Below, piece by piece: positions 1 through 12,723 of a stretch of DNA of 64,000 bases. Every line of letters begins with the position of its first letter. The stretch's first letter is position 1. Made by a program: the position numbers and the translations under genes. Source of the DNA: Narcine bancroftii (Eukaryota); contig NC_091477.1 in the NCBI RefSeq assembly GCF_036971445.1, forward strand, positions 44,144,001-44,208,000, written 5' to 3'. The notes beneath the pieces are model-generated. The model did not search any database. It was not told where the DNA came from and worked only from the letters and a program-made list of their open reading frames with translations.

Positions 1-629
1 CTGAACAAACATTCTGCTTCTATTTTATTTAACCTCACATGCAGATAAAGTCTTGATTCCACTGAAGATGCTACCATTGGACAACAGTTCACGTCTTTCT
101 ATCCTCCAGCACCCAGGAGAAATGTAAACCACTTTATGAACAAGAATCAATACCACTGGCACTGGGTGTGTCCATAAACATTTCTAACAAGAAATGTTTC
201 AGATTTGGGCAGTTCTAATTCTACAGGGTCTTAATTATAGAACCATCTGTGCAAAGGAATGTGAAATTGATTCAAATTCAATATTATAGGAGCATTCATG
301 CCCAACCAATAGTACACGACTGAATGGAAGCATTTGGTTTCCTCTACTCATTCTCTCATAAACTATGTCCTGGAATGTACTATTAATTGCTGTCCGTGAA
401 CATTTTTCCACAATAGTAGTATTTTTTATATGAACTTCAGTGACAGTTTCCAAGTTTTTAATTTGCATTTCCTCTTGTAACTAAAAGAAGGGTAATTCAC
501 TTGTTTGTACAATTGTAATCTCAGGTGTGCTATAGAAAATGGATGCCTCGACTGAACTGGCATTTTCTTTGTGTGATAGCTATTGAATTTTAGACGCAGA
601 TCATTTATGTTCTATTGGAAAATGTAAAT

Positions 630-745
630 TCTGTTCTGACAAAGGGTCCAGAATCTGAATCGTTAAGTTTAATATTAACATCAGAAACATGTTTCTTTCT
701 TCCACATCTGCTATCTGACCTGCATTTTCAGTTTTTGATTCAATA
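630..745 (+). mobile_element. Short PLE-tail remnant with degenerate hammerhead-like motif
   Basis: TCTGACAAAGGGTCCAGAATCTGAATCGTT followed by CTGCTATCTGACCTGC..., resembling the tail of the PLE at 14490-14640. Confidence 0.45.
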
Positions 746-1130
746 TTCTCTTTGACTCTTTGAAATACATGAATTGCAAATCTATGCATTTATACTGCTA
801 CATTTGAGTTGCTGTGAAATGGTGTGTTGTAACTCTTATGTATCAGAAGGCCAAGTGAGTTTCAATCAATGTGAAGTTATTCTCTGAAGTGAGATTTAAA
901 GTTGTATCATTGCTCTGCCGTGAATTTGATGATCAAACTGAGAGTGGGGAAGGTACAGCTGGTTTCAGAGCCCTGAACAGGATGGAGAAATCAGCTGTGC
1001 TTGTTATCCAACTGACACGTTCAGGAAAGTACCCTAAAAATGCATAAGGGCGAGTTCAACGTAAAAAGTACCACTGCAGCCCATGAACACATACCCTACA
1101 TACATCAGCAGGAGGGCAACATAGAACCAC

Positions 1131-1301
1131 TGTAACATGACTGAATGCACTCAGAGCCAAGTGAGGAGTACAACACACTTTTAATAGCTTACGCCAGTAC
1201 ACATAATAGTCCTCAGGTGAATCTGAGGTGAGGCGGGAAAACCAGGGTTTATATTGGGGTAGGTGAGGGTGGCATAGACTGTGAATTCCAAGTTCACTGC
1301 A
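1131..1301 (-). mobile_element. Solo LTR related to the LTRs of the Gypsy element at 27536-31455
   Basis: Minus strand reads TGCAGTGAACTTGGAATTCAC...GTTACA (TG..CA), with perfect 5-bp TSD ACCAC at 1126-1130 and 1302-1306. It shares its start and the ATATAAACCCTGGTTTTCCC block with the 27536 LTR. Confidence 0.85.
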
Positions 1302-2102
1302 ACCACCTAGGGTCAGTCTGCAGTCACAGAGCTGCATCAGGTTATTGTCCAATATGCAGATAGACAGAATGTTCTCACTGCCTAGGAATATCCAGGAAGG
1401 AAGGAGCTCAATTGTTTGAAAGTGACGCAGGAACAATGAGCCAAATGTAAGTTGCTTAAAGTCATCAGCACTTCACTTTTCCATTCGATACCTTTGATTA
1501 TCAAGAAAACTGTTGGCAACTGGCGTTATGTCTTTCCATACAGGTTGCAGCATGCAACCTCACTATTTTCTATTGAAGCCATATCAGAATCTACCTGGTA
1601 TGCAACCTGCTCAGTACAATGCATTTGTGCATCATTTTGCAATGTTGCAAGTTACAATGGTATACTTCCTTTCCTGAAAGCAGTCAATACATGGTTATTG
1701 AAGTAACATGAACTATTTTAATTAATGGTGCTATCACAGATTCTGGAATATAGCTCTGTGTTTGTATTTTCTTTGCATCGCATGCATTTGGGAAAGCTAT
1801 CATTATTGCTCACACACATCAAGATGAACTTATTCTACTTTGATCATAAATATGCTTCAGTTTGTTCCAAAAAGCAAAATGTTTCCTCTCTCTTGAATTT
1901 CAAGCAACTTGATCCCAAAAGTCTAAGACTCTTTTTGTTCAAACTTTATTTAAAAGCATACAATGTAATAGCATACAATATAAAAATAGTCAGAAAACTT
2001 TTTCATTAATACCCATCCCACCCTTTTAGCCAGCTCCCTGAAGGGGAGCAACAAAAAAAAAATCTGTATATATGTAAATTTAAAAAAAATGTTAACAACA
2101 TT

Positions 2103-5100
2103 TCAAAAAATATCTAAATGCATATATTTCAAATACGGAGACCACTTACTAACAAAAAAAGAATAATTATCATGTAAAGTATCAGTATTATCTTTCCAGG
2201 TACTAGCAACACATTTACGCGCTACTGATGATACCAAATGTACAAAAGCAATTTGAATTTTATCCATTCCCATTCCTCTTAACGAATATAAATTTCCCAA
2301 CAAGAAAATCGTTGGATCTAACGGTAGTATTGTGATAGTACAGATCTATCACCAATGTACATCGTGTATATAGTTACTGTATCTAGACTGTGCTTACAGT
2401 GATTGGCTGAGAGCTAAGCCACGCCTATTGTCTGGGCCTTAAAGGGTTGTGTCCCTAGCCAGGTCGGATCATTCCTGACTGGTCGGCCACCTGTGAAGAG
2501 CTCCTGTCTTTTGCTAATAAAAGCCTTGGTTTGGATCAACAAGTCTTTGATTCTTTCGACAAGCTCTACAAGTATAAAATTATATAATTTCTCCAAAACT
2601 GCTTTAATTCCTTGCCAAAATAATTGAACTTTAACACAATTCCATACAGCATGTAAAAAAGTTCCAATACATGTACCACATCTAAAACAAGAATCCGAAT
2701 TACTAAACCCATTTTTAAAAAACTTTTCCGGTGTCAAATATAATTGATGTAAAAAATTATAATTAACCATTCTATATTGCACATTGGTCAATTTAATTGC
2801 ATTGTCTTGACACATATTCATCCAATCTTCTTGAGGAAAAAAAAATACTAAATCACTCTCCCATTTAAGTTTAGATTTCTCCCAATCTGGTTTATCCATA
2901 CTATCTCGTAACAAATTATACATAACTGAAATATAACCCTTTTTCAGTAAAAAGGAAATGAAAGATTCAAATTTCGACAAAGTAGGTAAAATCATCTCTC
3001 TACCAATATTATCTTTTATTAAAGCCTGAAGTTGATAATACACAAACAAAGAATTTACAGGTATATCAAATCTTTCTCTCAATTGATTAAAAGAAAAAAA
3101 ATTCCCCTCTACAAAACAATCTTGTATTGTCTTTATCCCCTTAGAATCCTAAATCTTCAAATGATTATTAAACATTGAAAAAGGAATAAGCTGGTTATTA
3201 TACAATGGAGTTAAAATAGATAATTTATCTTTCGACCCTAACACCTTATTTTTTAAAATCAAATCTTTAATAAATGTTTCAATATTGGCATAAAATATTG
3301 CTGTAACAAATTTGAGTTCCAATGAAATATAAATTCATGTATTTCAACCCTAGAAATACATGCCCTCTCCACTTTAGCCCAACTAGGAGGATGATCTAAA
3401 TCCATCAATCTACTAATGAACTTCAACTGAGCCGCTTCATAATAATTTTGAAAATGTGATAGTTGTAATCCACCCAATGTATACTTCCATGTAAGTCTAT
3501 GCAACACCATTTAAGCTAATCTACCTTTCCATAAAAACTCTCACACTGCATTATTCAAATCTTGAAAAAAACCCTTAGAAAGTAAACAAGGTAGTGACTG
3601 GAATAAATATTGAATTTGAGGAAAGATATTCATTTTAATACAGTTAACCCAACCAATTAAAGTTAATGCAAGATCTTTCCACTTAATCAAATCTGCTTTA
3701 ATCCGTTTTAATATAGGTACATAATTTAATTGATAATAATTGATAATTTGTATCCATAAACACACTTAAATATTTAATTTTACTTGTCCACCTTAATTTT
3801 GTAATTGTTTTAAATTCAGAATAATCTCCCACTCCAACTGGTAAAATTTCACTTTTATCCCAATTAACTTTATATCCCGACAATTCTCCAAATTTCAACA
3901 AACACTCTTGTAGTTGTTTCAACAACTGTTCTGGTTCTGTCAAGTATATCAATACATCATCCGCAAATAAGTTAATTTTATATTCTTAATTTTTAACCCT
4001 CATCCCTCTAATTTCTTCATTTTGTCTAATAGCCTGAGCTAACAGTTCAATAACCAATGCAGATAAGGCTGGTGATAATGGGGAGCCCTGTCAAGTTGAA
4101 CGAGTCAATTTAAATGGTAAAGAAATCTGTCCATTTGTCACCACCCTAACAATCGGGTTCATATATAATGCCTTAACCCAACCAATTAAAAAATGGCCAT
4201 ATTTAAATTTCTCTAACACCTTAAATAAAAAATCCCACTCAACCCTATCAAAAGCTTTTTCTGCATCTAATGCAACCACCATAGGATGGTTAGGTTGTCT
4301 TCGATATGCATTGACCAAAGTAATTAATCAAAATATATTGTCTGATGCATTTCTATTCTTAATAAAACCTGTTTGATCAATATGTACCAATTTAGGCAAA
4401 TATTTAGGCAAATATTTAGCTAATATTTCGCTATAATTTTATAATCCACATTTAATAAAGAAATAGGTCTATATGAAGATACTTTTAATGGATATCTATC
4501 TTTTTTTGGAATAACAGTTATTAAAGCACTAGAACATGATTCTGGTAACTTCCAATCTTCAGTAACTTGATTCAACACTTCTCCAAATTCATTAGAAAAA
4601 TCATCATAAAAAAGTTTATAAAATTCCACAGGGAATCCATTGTCCCCTGGAGACTTTCCATTCGGCATTTCCTGAATAGCTTCCTGAATTTCAAAATCTG
4701 TAAATGGAGATTCCAATTCTTGAACATCAATTCCATCTAATACCGGTAACTTTAATTTAGATAAGTAAGAGTCAATAGAACCATTATCCTGTTTCCCCTC
4801 AGAAGTATATAATTTTTGATAAAATGAACAAAACTGGTCATTAATTTCCTGAGGCTTATAAGTTATTATTGAATTCTTCTTAACAGCATTAATGATCCAA
4901 GATGCCTGTTCAGCTTTCAATTGCCAAGCAAGTACCTTATGAGCTCTTTCCCCCACTCATAATTACGTTGCTTAGATTGATTAATTAAGTGCTCAAATTG
5001 ATAAGTTTGTAAAGCATTATAACATAATTTCAACCTCTCTAATCCAATTTTTAAAAAATCTTCTGTTACCCCTTTCTGAAAGTCCTTCTCTAACTCAGCA

Positions 5101-6044
5101 ATCTTATTTTCTAACTCTAAACTTTCTGCCATATATTGTTTCTTAACTTTCGTAGAATAACTAATGATCTGCCCTCTCAAATAAGCTTTTAAAGCATCCC
5201 ATATTACAAAATGACTATCCACAGAATTAACATTTTCAGTCAAAAATAAAGAAATCTGCTTTTTAACAAAAGTAACAAACTCAGGTTTCTTCAATAGCAT
5301 TACATTAAACCTCCATCTAAATGATGGACTTACTACCTCCGAACTTTCGCAAGGAAAAAGTAATAGTGAATGATCTGATATAACTCTACTTTTATATTCA
5401 GCTTATAATACTCTACCTTGTAAATGTGCTGACACCAAAAATATATCAATTCTAGAAAACGAATCATGTCTCGAAGAATAAAAAGAAAAATCTTTCTCTG
5501 TATGGTTAACTTTTCTCCAAATATCCACCAAATTTAAATCTTTCATTAATGCATTAATTTGTGTTGCAATCTTTGATTTCAATATACTTTTTGGATTTCT
5601 ATCCAATAAAGGGTCGAGAACACAATTAAAATCACCCCCAACTAAAACATTTTCATTAGCTTGAGTTAACAATAAAAAAAGCAGCTGAAATAAACCACTC
5701 ATCATCTATATTAGGGGCCTAAAGATTCAACAAAGTCCACGATTCAGCAAAAAATTTACAATTCACTCTCAATACTCTACCAGCATACCCCTCTGAAGAT
5801 TCTAATTCAAAGGGTAAATTTTTATGAATCAAAATCGCTACTCCTCTTGCCTTAGAATTAAAAGACAAGAAAACATGACCAACCCAATCCCTTTTCAATT
5901 TCAAATGTTCTTTCTCAGTCAAATGTGGTTCTTGTAAAAAAGCAATATCAATTTTCATTTTTTAATATAAGCCAATATTCTCTTTCACTTAATTGGATTA
6001 TTTAACCCCTGCACATTAAAAGTTGTAAAATTCAATTGAGACAT
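2103..6044 (-). pseudogene. L1 ORF2 remnant (APE endonuclease, RT, C-terminal Cys-rich region), frameshifted and interrupted by a solo LTR
   Basis: ATG at 6044 then motifs IAFLQE-HL, GGDFN, SRIDIFL, SDH, KSPG-NG, YRPISLLNVDYK, LDAEKAFDRVEW, LFADD (about 3955-3970) and CFRC...HAVWNC; multiple stops and frameshifts. Confidence 0.93.
2331..2570 (+). mobile_element. 240-bp solo LTR inserted into L1 ORF2
   Basis: TGTGATAG...CTCTACA termini, internal AATAAA, perfect TSD AGTAT at 2326-2330 and 2571-2575; near-identical inverted copy at 10263-10488. Confidence 0.92.
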
Positions 6045-6299
6045 CTTTTTAAACTACTAATATAAGCCCACACTACAAAATAATGCTCCCCTCCACAATT
6101 GTTCCGAAAAAGAAAAACCCCCTAAAAAAATTAAAAAAACCAAAAACAACAAAAAAAACACCCAAAGGTAATAATACCCTAAAAAACTGGGTGTGGTAAA
6201 CCCACTAGATGACTGTCAAAGTTTTCAGTGTCATTCACCCCCTCCCCCAGCCAGATACATATTAATTATACTCAACACAATGGAATATAGTCCATATAT

Positions 6300-7930
6300 T
6301 CAACCCAATGATTCTAAGCCCAATGACTTCTCTGGATCTTCAACATCAAGAAGACTTTGTGTCATCTCTTCTTTCTTTCCATTCTGCCTATTCCCATGTC
6401 CATTTCCATTTCCATTCACTCTGCTCTTAGGAGATAACAGAGGAGAAGATCCATTTCTTTGCAATTCTGACAAAGAATTGGCAAAAACCAAAGCATTATG
6501 ATCATTCTCAAAAAATTGAGATTGAAAATTTCTATAGAAAACCTTCAAAATTGCAGGATAACGAAAAGCAAACTTATAACCTTTTCGCCACAAAACGCCT
6601 TTAGCCGTATTAAATTTTCATCGTCTTCTAATAACCTCTTGACTCAAATCAGCATAAAAGAACACCTTAATGGTTGAACCATTAATGGAGATCGATTCTG
6701 TCTTGCATTCTGCACTGCCATATGTAACATTATTTCATGATCTTGATATTTTAAACAACGAATAAAGACTGCTCTCGGTGCTTGTCCTGGAAGTGACCTT
6801 CCTCTCAAAGCTCTGTGAGCCCTATTCAATTCCAAACCTTCAGGGAAAACTCTTTACCCAGCACCACTGGGATCCAGTGCCTAAAATTTTTTATAGGGTC
6901 AGCACCTTCCATATCCTCTGGAAGACCAACTATTTTCACATTATTCCTCTGACTGTGATTTTCCAATGAATCAATCTTCTTCATTAAATCTCTTTTCTGA
7001 ACCCCCAATCCACAAAAGAATCTTCCACTTTTTCCATTTTTTCTCTATTACTTTCTACCTGAGTTTGACACTCAGAGAAAGCTGTTTCAATTTTCTTACA
7101 ATTATCTTGCACAGTGTCTACTGATTGTATACATTTATTAATATCACTTTTAACTACAGTCATTTCCTGTTTCACGGTTTACATTTCATCACACAAAGTA
7201 TTCATTTTTCTTTTCATCTCCATAAATCCTTGAGTCATTTGAGTTGATATTTGTTTTGACATATTATGCATTTGCTGTATTTGACCAGAAATCCCTTCCA
7301 AAACAGTGAACACTGAATCCATTCCAGATTCCACTCCCACTTTTTGAGATTCACCTTCTTTAACTGCAAGCTCTTCCTCCTGGACGTATTCCAATAAGGT
7401 AAGTTCCTCTTCTTCCTCAGTCATCACAGGTCCTCTAACTGAACGGCTGCGGGTCTGCACACCCGACGCCGGCACCCCGACCTCTTCAGGACACTGACGT
7501 TCGGGTTCCCCCACAGCGCCAATTTTTTCCAACAGCTCCTGGGCCCGCGATGCCACACACAGGCCAGGTAAGGCCATCGGATACGCAGAGGTGTCTTCTA
7601 ACGCTACCCTGCGTGCCACTGGGCTGCCCAGCGAGGTCACGGGCTCGTGGGTCCCCTTATTGGCCGTGCCGCCCGCGCGCACGGCTTCATGTGGACGCGG
7701 GTCGGCAACGGCTGAACTCACTGATGTGCCGGCGCCATCTTGCGGATGCAGGATCAGTGCCAGAGTCAAGCTCAAATGGGCTGAAGTCCTCTAAGCTTGG
7801 AGACTCCTAACAACGACTCCGTGGATTCAGCTATGCAGGTAGGCCTCAATTCTTCTGCACTTTTATATGGTAGTTTTTTCTGAAGCTGAGGTTTAAACTT
7901 TTTCACTGTTATTTAAATAACTGTAAATCT
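6300..7930 (-). pseudogene. L1 ORF1 remnant (coiled coil, RRM, CTD); 5' boundary approximate
   Basis: Fragments IDSLENHSQRNNVKIVGLPE, ELNRAHRA and KGYKFAFRYPAILKV, typical of L1 ORF1p; heptad-like segment upstream; several frameshifts. Confidence 0.88.
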
Positions 7931-8014
7931 TATTTTTAATCACTTTTATACTTTTTGAAAACCTGGTATTTAATGATCCAGCTGGGGAGAAGTGGAACAC
8001 ACGTTTTCCTTCTA

Positions 8015-8024
8015 CGCCATCTTG
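8015..8024 (-). promoter_or_regulatory. YY1-type site at the 5' tip of the L1 internal promoter
   Basis: Element begins GGGGGGCATGGCAAGATGGCGTAG on the minus strand; CAAGATGGCG matches the YY1 consensus. Confidence 0.65.
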
Positions 8025-8604
8025 CCATGCCCCCCAAAGTCTAAGACTCTTTAGAAATATTTTCTATTCATACACAAAATTTTGGCACTGCTGGCAAATG
8101 CAGATGTAAACTACCATACTGCAGTCACTACAATCCATGCTAGTGAATGGAGACCTGGAGGATTTCAAACTATCACAATGAAGAAATAGCAAATCCAAAC
8201 TCAATGCAACACTTGAGAAGGAATTATAGGCAGTGGTGTTTCCATGCATCACCCAGAGTGAATTTTTCTGTGTGTTTTTTAATCCAGTATATTAAACCAG
8301 TACAATCTGTAACTGAGATATACTGAGAGCTCACCCATTTGAACACTCAGTCCTACTAATCAGACCCTGTGCAATCCAAGCAGTGTTGAAAATATATGCT
8401 TGAATGAACAATAGTGATGTTCCAAGTTTTGTAATGATCTGTTCTGGGATCCCTGCTCTCTGTGATTTTTATGAATGAGATGGACGAAGACGTAGTGATG
8501 GATCAGTAAGTTTGCAGATAATACAAAGGGTGGAGGTGTTGTGGGCAGTGTTGAAAGTTGTTGTAGGTACAATAGGATATAGACAGGATGCAGAGTTGGG
8601 TAGA

Positions 8605-9930
8605 TTTTGGATTCAGTTTTCAGATTTATTGTCAGAGCACATACATGACATCATATTCAACCCCGAGATTCTTTTTCCTGCAGGCGAGGCAGAATCACCA
8701 CTTATTCGTAATGCAAAAAAAAACAGTTAAAAACATATATATGTAAGCAGATAAAGAAATGTAAACACACTGACTCTGCAATACTGTACAGAGAGAGAAT
8801 TAAAAACATCAATAAAGTGTAAAAGTAAGAGGTCTTTAAATGAGTCCCTGATTGAGTTTGTCGATGAGGAGTCTGATGGTGAAAGATCCTCCGTAGTACC
8901 GTCGGCAAATTTGTAGACTATGTTATTGTCATACTGAGCCACAGAGCAGGAGGTTAAGAATGCAGCCCTATGGTGCTCCAGTACTGAAGGAGTTTGTGGA
9001 GGAGATGTTCTTACCAATCCTCACTGATTATGGTCTGGAGGTGAGGAAATCCAGGATCCATTTACACAGTGGGGTGTTGAGTCCCAGGTCTTGGAGTTTG
9101 TTGAGGGGATGATGGTATTAAATGCCAAACTGTAATCAATAAAGAGCATCCTAATGTCCAGGTGTTCCAGGGGTTTGTGTAGAGCCAATGACAAGGCGTC
9201 CACCTTAAACCTGTTGCTACAATATGCAAATTGGAATGGATCCATGTCGCTATACAGGCAGGAGCTGATATACTTCAACACCAGCCTTTCAAGACATTTC
9301 ATTCCTGTTGATGTAACTGCTACTGATTGATAATTATTAAGGCAAGTTACTACACACTTCTTGGGCACTGGTATGATTGATGCCAGGTAGGTACCATGCC
9401 CTGCTAGAGTGAGATGTTGAAGATATCTGTGAATACATTAGTAAGTTGGTCAGCTCAGATTTTTAATACTGACTGGGTATTCCGACCGGAAAGGATGCTT
9501 TTCTTGGATTCATTCTCCTGAAGGCATCCTCAGATATGGACAGGAGAAGATCTTCAGGGGATGTGGGGGTGTGGAGGATGGTTCCTCCCTGTTACTGTGG
9601 TCAAATTGGGCATAGAAGGCATTGAATTCCTCTGGGAGTGAAGCTTTGCCATCTGGATTTTGTTTTGTAGCTGGTTATGTCATTTAGGCCCTGCCACGGC
9701 TTTTGGGTTTCCTTCGTTGTTTCCCTGTTGACCTGGAATCTCCACTTCAGCCGTGAGATAATTTTTTGTAGTTCATACCTGCTCCTTCTGTATTGATCTG
9801 GATATCTGGACTTAAATGCCTGTGGTCTGGGTCTCAGCAGGTTCTGGATTTCATTGTTCATCTAGGGGTTCTGGTTGGAGAAAAGCCTGAATGATTTGGT
9901 GTGGACACACTCGTCCACAATTGTTTTGAA
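8605..9930 (-). mobile_element. Rex1/Babar LINE fragment with 3' tail
   Basis: PKK..VTCLNNYQSVAVTS..MKCLERLV, DPFQFAY, RMLFIDYS-AFNTIIP and YKFADGT; (AATCTG)n-like tail at about 8605-8630. Confidence 0.85.
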
Positions 9931-10262
9931 AACAGAGAATGTGGTTACTGGTAGAATACTTGGCAGTATGAAAGAACAGAGGGACCTTGGGGTCCAAATT
10001 CATAGGTTTCTTATGGTCACCATGCAGGTTTATAGGATAGTTAAGAAGGCCTATGGTATGCTGGGATTCATTATCGGGGGATTGAGTTCAGCAGTCATGA
10101 GATTATGTTGCAGATCTATAAATCTCTGGTGAATCCACACTTAGAATATTGTCTGTTTGTTCTGGTCACCTCATACAAGAAGGATGTGGAAGCTATGGAG
10201 AGGGTGCAGAGGAGATTTACCAGGAAGTTGCCTAGATTGGAAAATATCTCTTATGAGACAAG

Positions 10263-10488
10263 TGTAGAGCTCGTTGAAAGAATCAAAGACTTGTTGATCC
10301 AAACCAAGGCTTTTATTAGCAAAAGACAGGAGCTCTTCACAGGTGGCCGACCAGTCTGGAATGATCCGACCTGGCTTTAAGGCCCAGACAATAGGCGTGG
10401 CTTAGCTCTCAGCCAATCGCTGTAAGCACAGTCTAGATACAGTAACTATATACACTATGTACATTGGTGATAGATCTGTACTATCACA
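10263..10488 (-). mobile_element. Solo LTR, same family as 2331-2570
   Basis: Reverse complement of 2331-2570 with an internal deletion of about 14 bp; perfect TSD ACAAG at 10258-10262 and 10489-10493. Confidence 0.92.
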
Positions 10489-10606
10489 ACAAGGTTAGCA
10501 GATCTTGGGCTTTTCTCTTTAAAGCGAAGAAGGATGAAAGGTGACTTAAGATTAGGAGAGGCAGAGATAAGATAGACAGCACCTTTTTTTCCAGAGCAGG
10601 AGTAGC

Positions 10607-11486
10607 TGTCACATTCTCCCATTTTTCAGTTCATTTTATTATGTGGGACTGTTCCTTTAAGAGAATAGATTTTAGCAAAAGTGACTGAAACTAGCAACAG
10701 GTTTTGAACATCATGTTCCTTTTACTGGATACATTTGCAGAGTCAATGCAGAAGCAGAGAAGCCAGGTACAGAGACCATGTAGTCAGCTTATTGAAAAGA
10801 CAATGCATCGTTTGCTCAGGAGGCCATTTTAAGAAAGCAGCGCAAGAGTTAAGAGCTCTTTGACCTTTTATATGAGAAACCCACTTGGCCTCATTGTGTG
10901 GTTATGGACAAACTATCAGATTTCCTCCTTTTGCTTATAGAGGAATGAAAGACCACTTCAAATGACCCACAAAAAGGGTTTTAAAGTTGCAGAAGAAATA
11001 CTGCACTCTACTCGACTGATTCATAAAAATGGTTTTAATTGCAGAAGAAGGAAGTCATCTAAAAAAGACATTTCTCTGAAGCACCTCAACAAGGGTGTCA
11101 TGAGTAATCAACATTCTGGCACCTTGGTCTCTTTCTCCCACTTCAGGGTCTGCCAACTTCATCCTAAACCCTTCGTGTCTCAGCCATCTCAAAACTTGCG
11201 TGTCGCATCAATTTCAAGCCCACGTGTCATCAATGAATTTCTGAACTTAGAACTTGGAACTGCCTTTCAAGAATTGAGCCTTGAGTGTAGTGGCTTGGGG
11301 TTTTCCGCACACACCAATATATTCACGCCTAGTTAAAGCCGATGTAATATAAGAGTAGATAAATCTAGTTAGGTTTAGATAAGTTAGTTAAATTAGATTA
11401 GGTGTATATAATTGTTGATTAATTATATTATTTTAAATATAACACCGTCTGGGCTCATTTTTATCACTGCTGTCTGGTACGTAACA
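10607..11486. mobile_element. 880-bp solo LTR inserted in CR1
   Basis: Termini TGTCAC...GTAACA, perfect TSD GTAGC at 10602-10606 and 11487-11491; the CR1 sequence is continuous once it is removed. Confidence 0.85.
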
Positions 11487-12723
11487 GTAGCAAACACCAG
11501 AGGACATCTGTACAAAGTGAAGGGAGGAATGTTAAGGGTCACTTTAGCAGTAAGTGTTTTACATAGAGAGTTGTGGGTGCCTGGAATGCCTTGACAACAG
11601 TGGTATAGAGACTGGAACAATAGGGGCATTTAGGAGACTCTTATACAGGCACATGGATTAAATAAAAATAGAGGGTTACAAGGTAGGAAGCATTTAGTTT
11701 TTTTGGTAGGAATATATAGATTGGGACTATATAATGGGCCGAAGGGCCTGTACTGTGTTGTAATTTTCTATGTTCTAATAATGCTCATTGTGTTTAATGT
11801 ATCTTTTGTGTATTTGCATGCTATTGAGATGGTAGTGGACATGCCTAACCTCATGCCATTTGAAGTGCATTGTGTTTCTTTGGTAAAAGTGGCCTCACAG
11901 CTTTGGCAGGGTGATGACAGCAAGTGGAACCATGGATGATGCAAAAACAAAAGCATGATGGTGAGTAATTACATGACAGATGATTACTAACAACTGCCAA
12001 GTACATAGGGACAGGATTCTTCACTCCACAGCAGAAGAAAGTGAATGAGACAATTGTGTCCTGCCCCATGAAGCAAGAAGCAAGTATAAAACAATTGATC
12101 AATACAGCATTTATCTGAGACAGGTTGCTGTAATTCAAATCACTGAACAATGGATACATCACAGTGAAAATTGATGGTAAGCTTTTGAAAAGGATATCAA
12201 GCTACTCTAAATTTGCAAGATCATTTTCACTTTTAGCAGATGGAGCATTTTTGCTGGGAAGCCCACAAGGTACTGTTGCGATTAAAAACAGAAAAGAAAG
12301 ATAAGCATTCTCACTTGAAACCGTCAACAGAGAATAATTGCCAACATCATCTTGACATGTGGAACATGAAAATATTTTTACTGGAATGGCAGTTAACCTT
12401 TTGGAACAGAATTCCCCACAATGCATAAATCTGGTGCCAAACTCAGTTTTTTCCACGGAAGTTTATCTTTCAACATTGTCAGCGTGCCAGGCTTGATCAG
12501 TGCACATAACAAGGATTGAAGACAATGCAGAGGTCGACAACAATTCTGATGATCATGAATAGACAAGTGTTTTTCACTGTTGTCAGAGCACTCAGCCATG
12601 GCTAGGAGTGAACATTTTTAATTCATATCCAACAATGTAACGAGTAAACGTATCTCCAGCAATCTTCTCTTAACTTTGAGAGGATATGTCAAGGTATTTT
12701 CTGGCAATGATACTGCATCATTG

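Larger units (their letters stand above)
1935..8035 (-). mobile_element. Full-length degenerate LINE-1 (L1 clade) retrotransposon
   Basis: 17-bp TSD AAAGTCTAAGACTCTTT at 1918-1934 and 8036-8052; minus-strand AATAAA at 1945-1950 plus a short A tail; ORF1 and ORF2 remnants in the expected order. Confidence 0.95.
8400..11778 (+). mobile_element. CR1 LINE 3' portion, interrupted by a Rex1 element and two solo LTRs
   Basis: KFAD-TK-GGVV at about 8508; resumes at about 9935 with EQRDLGVQIH, PHLEYC and ERVQRRFTR; continues at 10489-10606 and 11487-11778, ending in a TTCTATGTTCTA tail. Confidence 0.85.

Noticed and set aside
2414-3082. 222-aa ORF sharing its C-terminus (VELVERIKDLLIQTKAF...) with ORF 10105-10380, resembling a shared domain
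   Set aside because: Both are read-through into copies of the same solo LTR, inserted into L1 and CR1 respectively; not a real protein domain.
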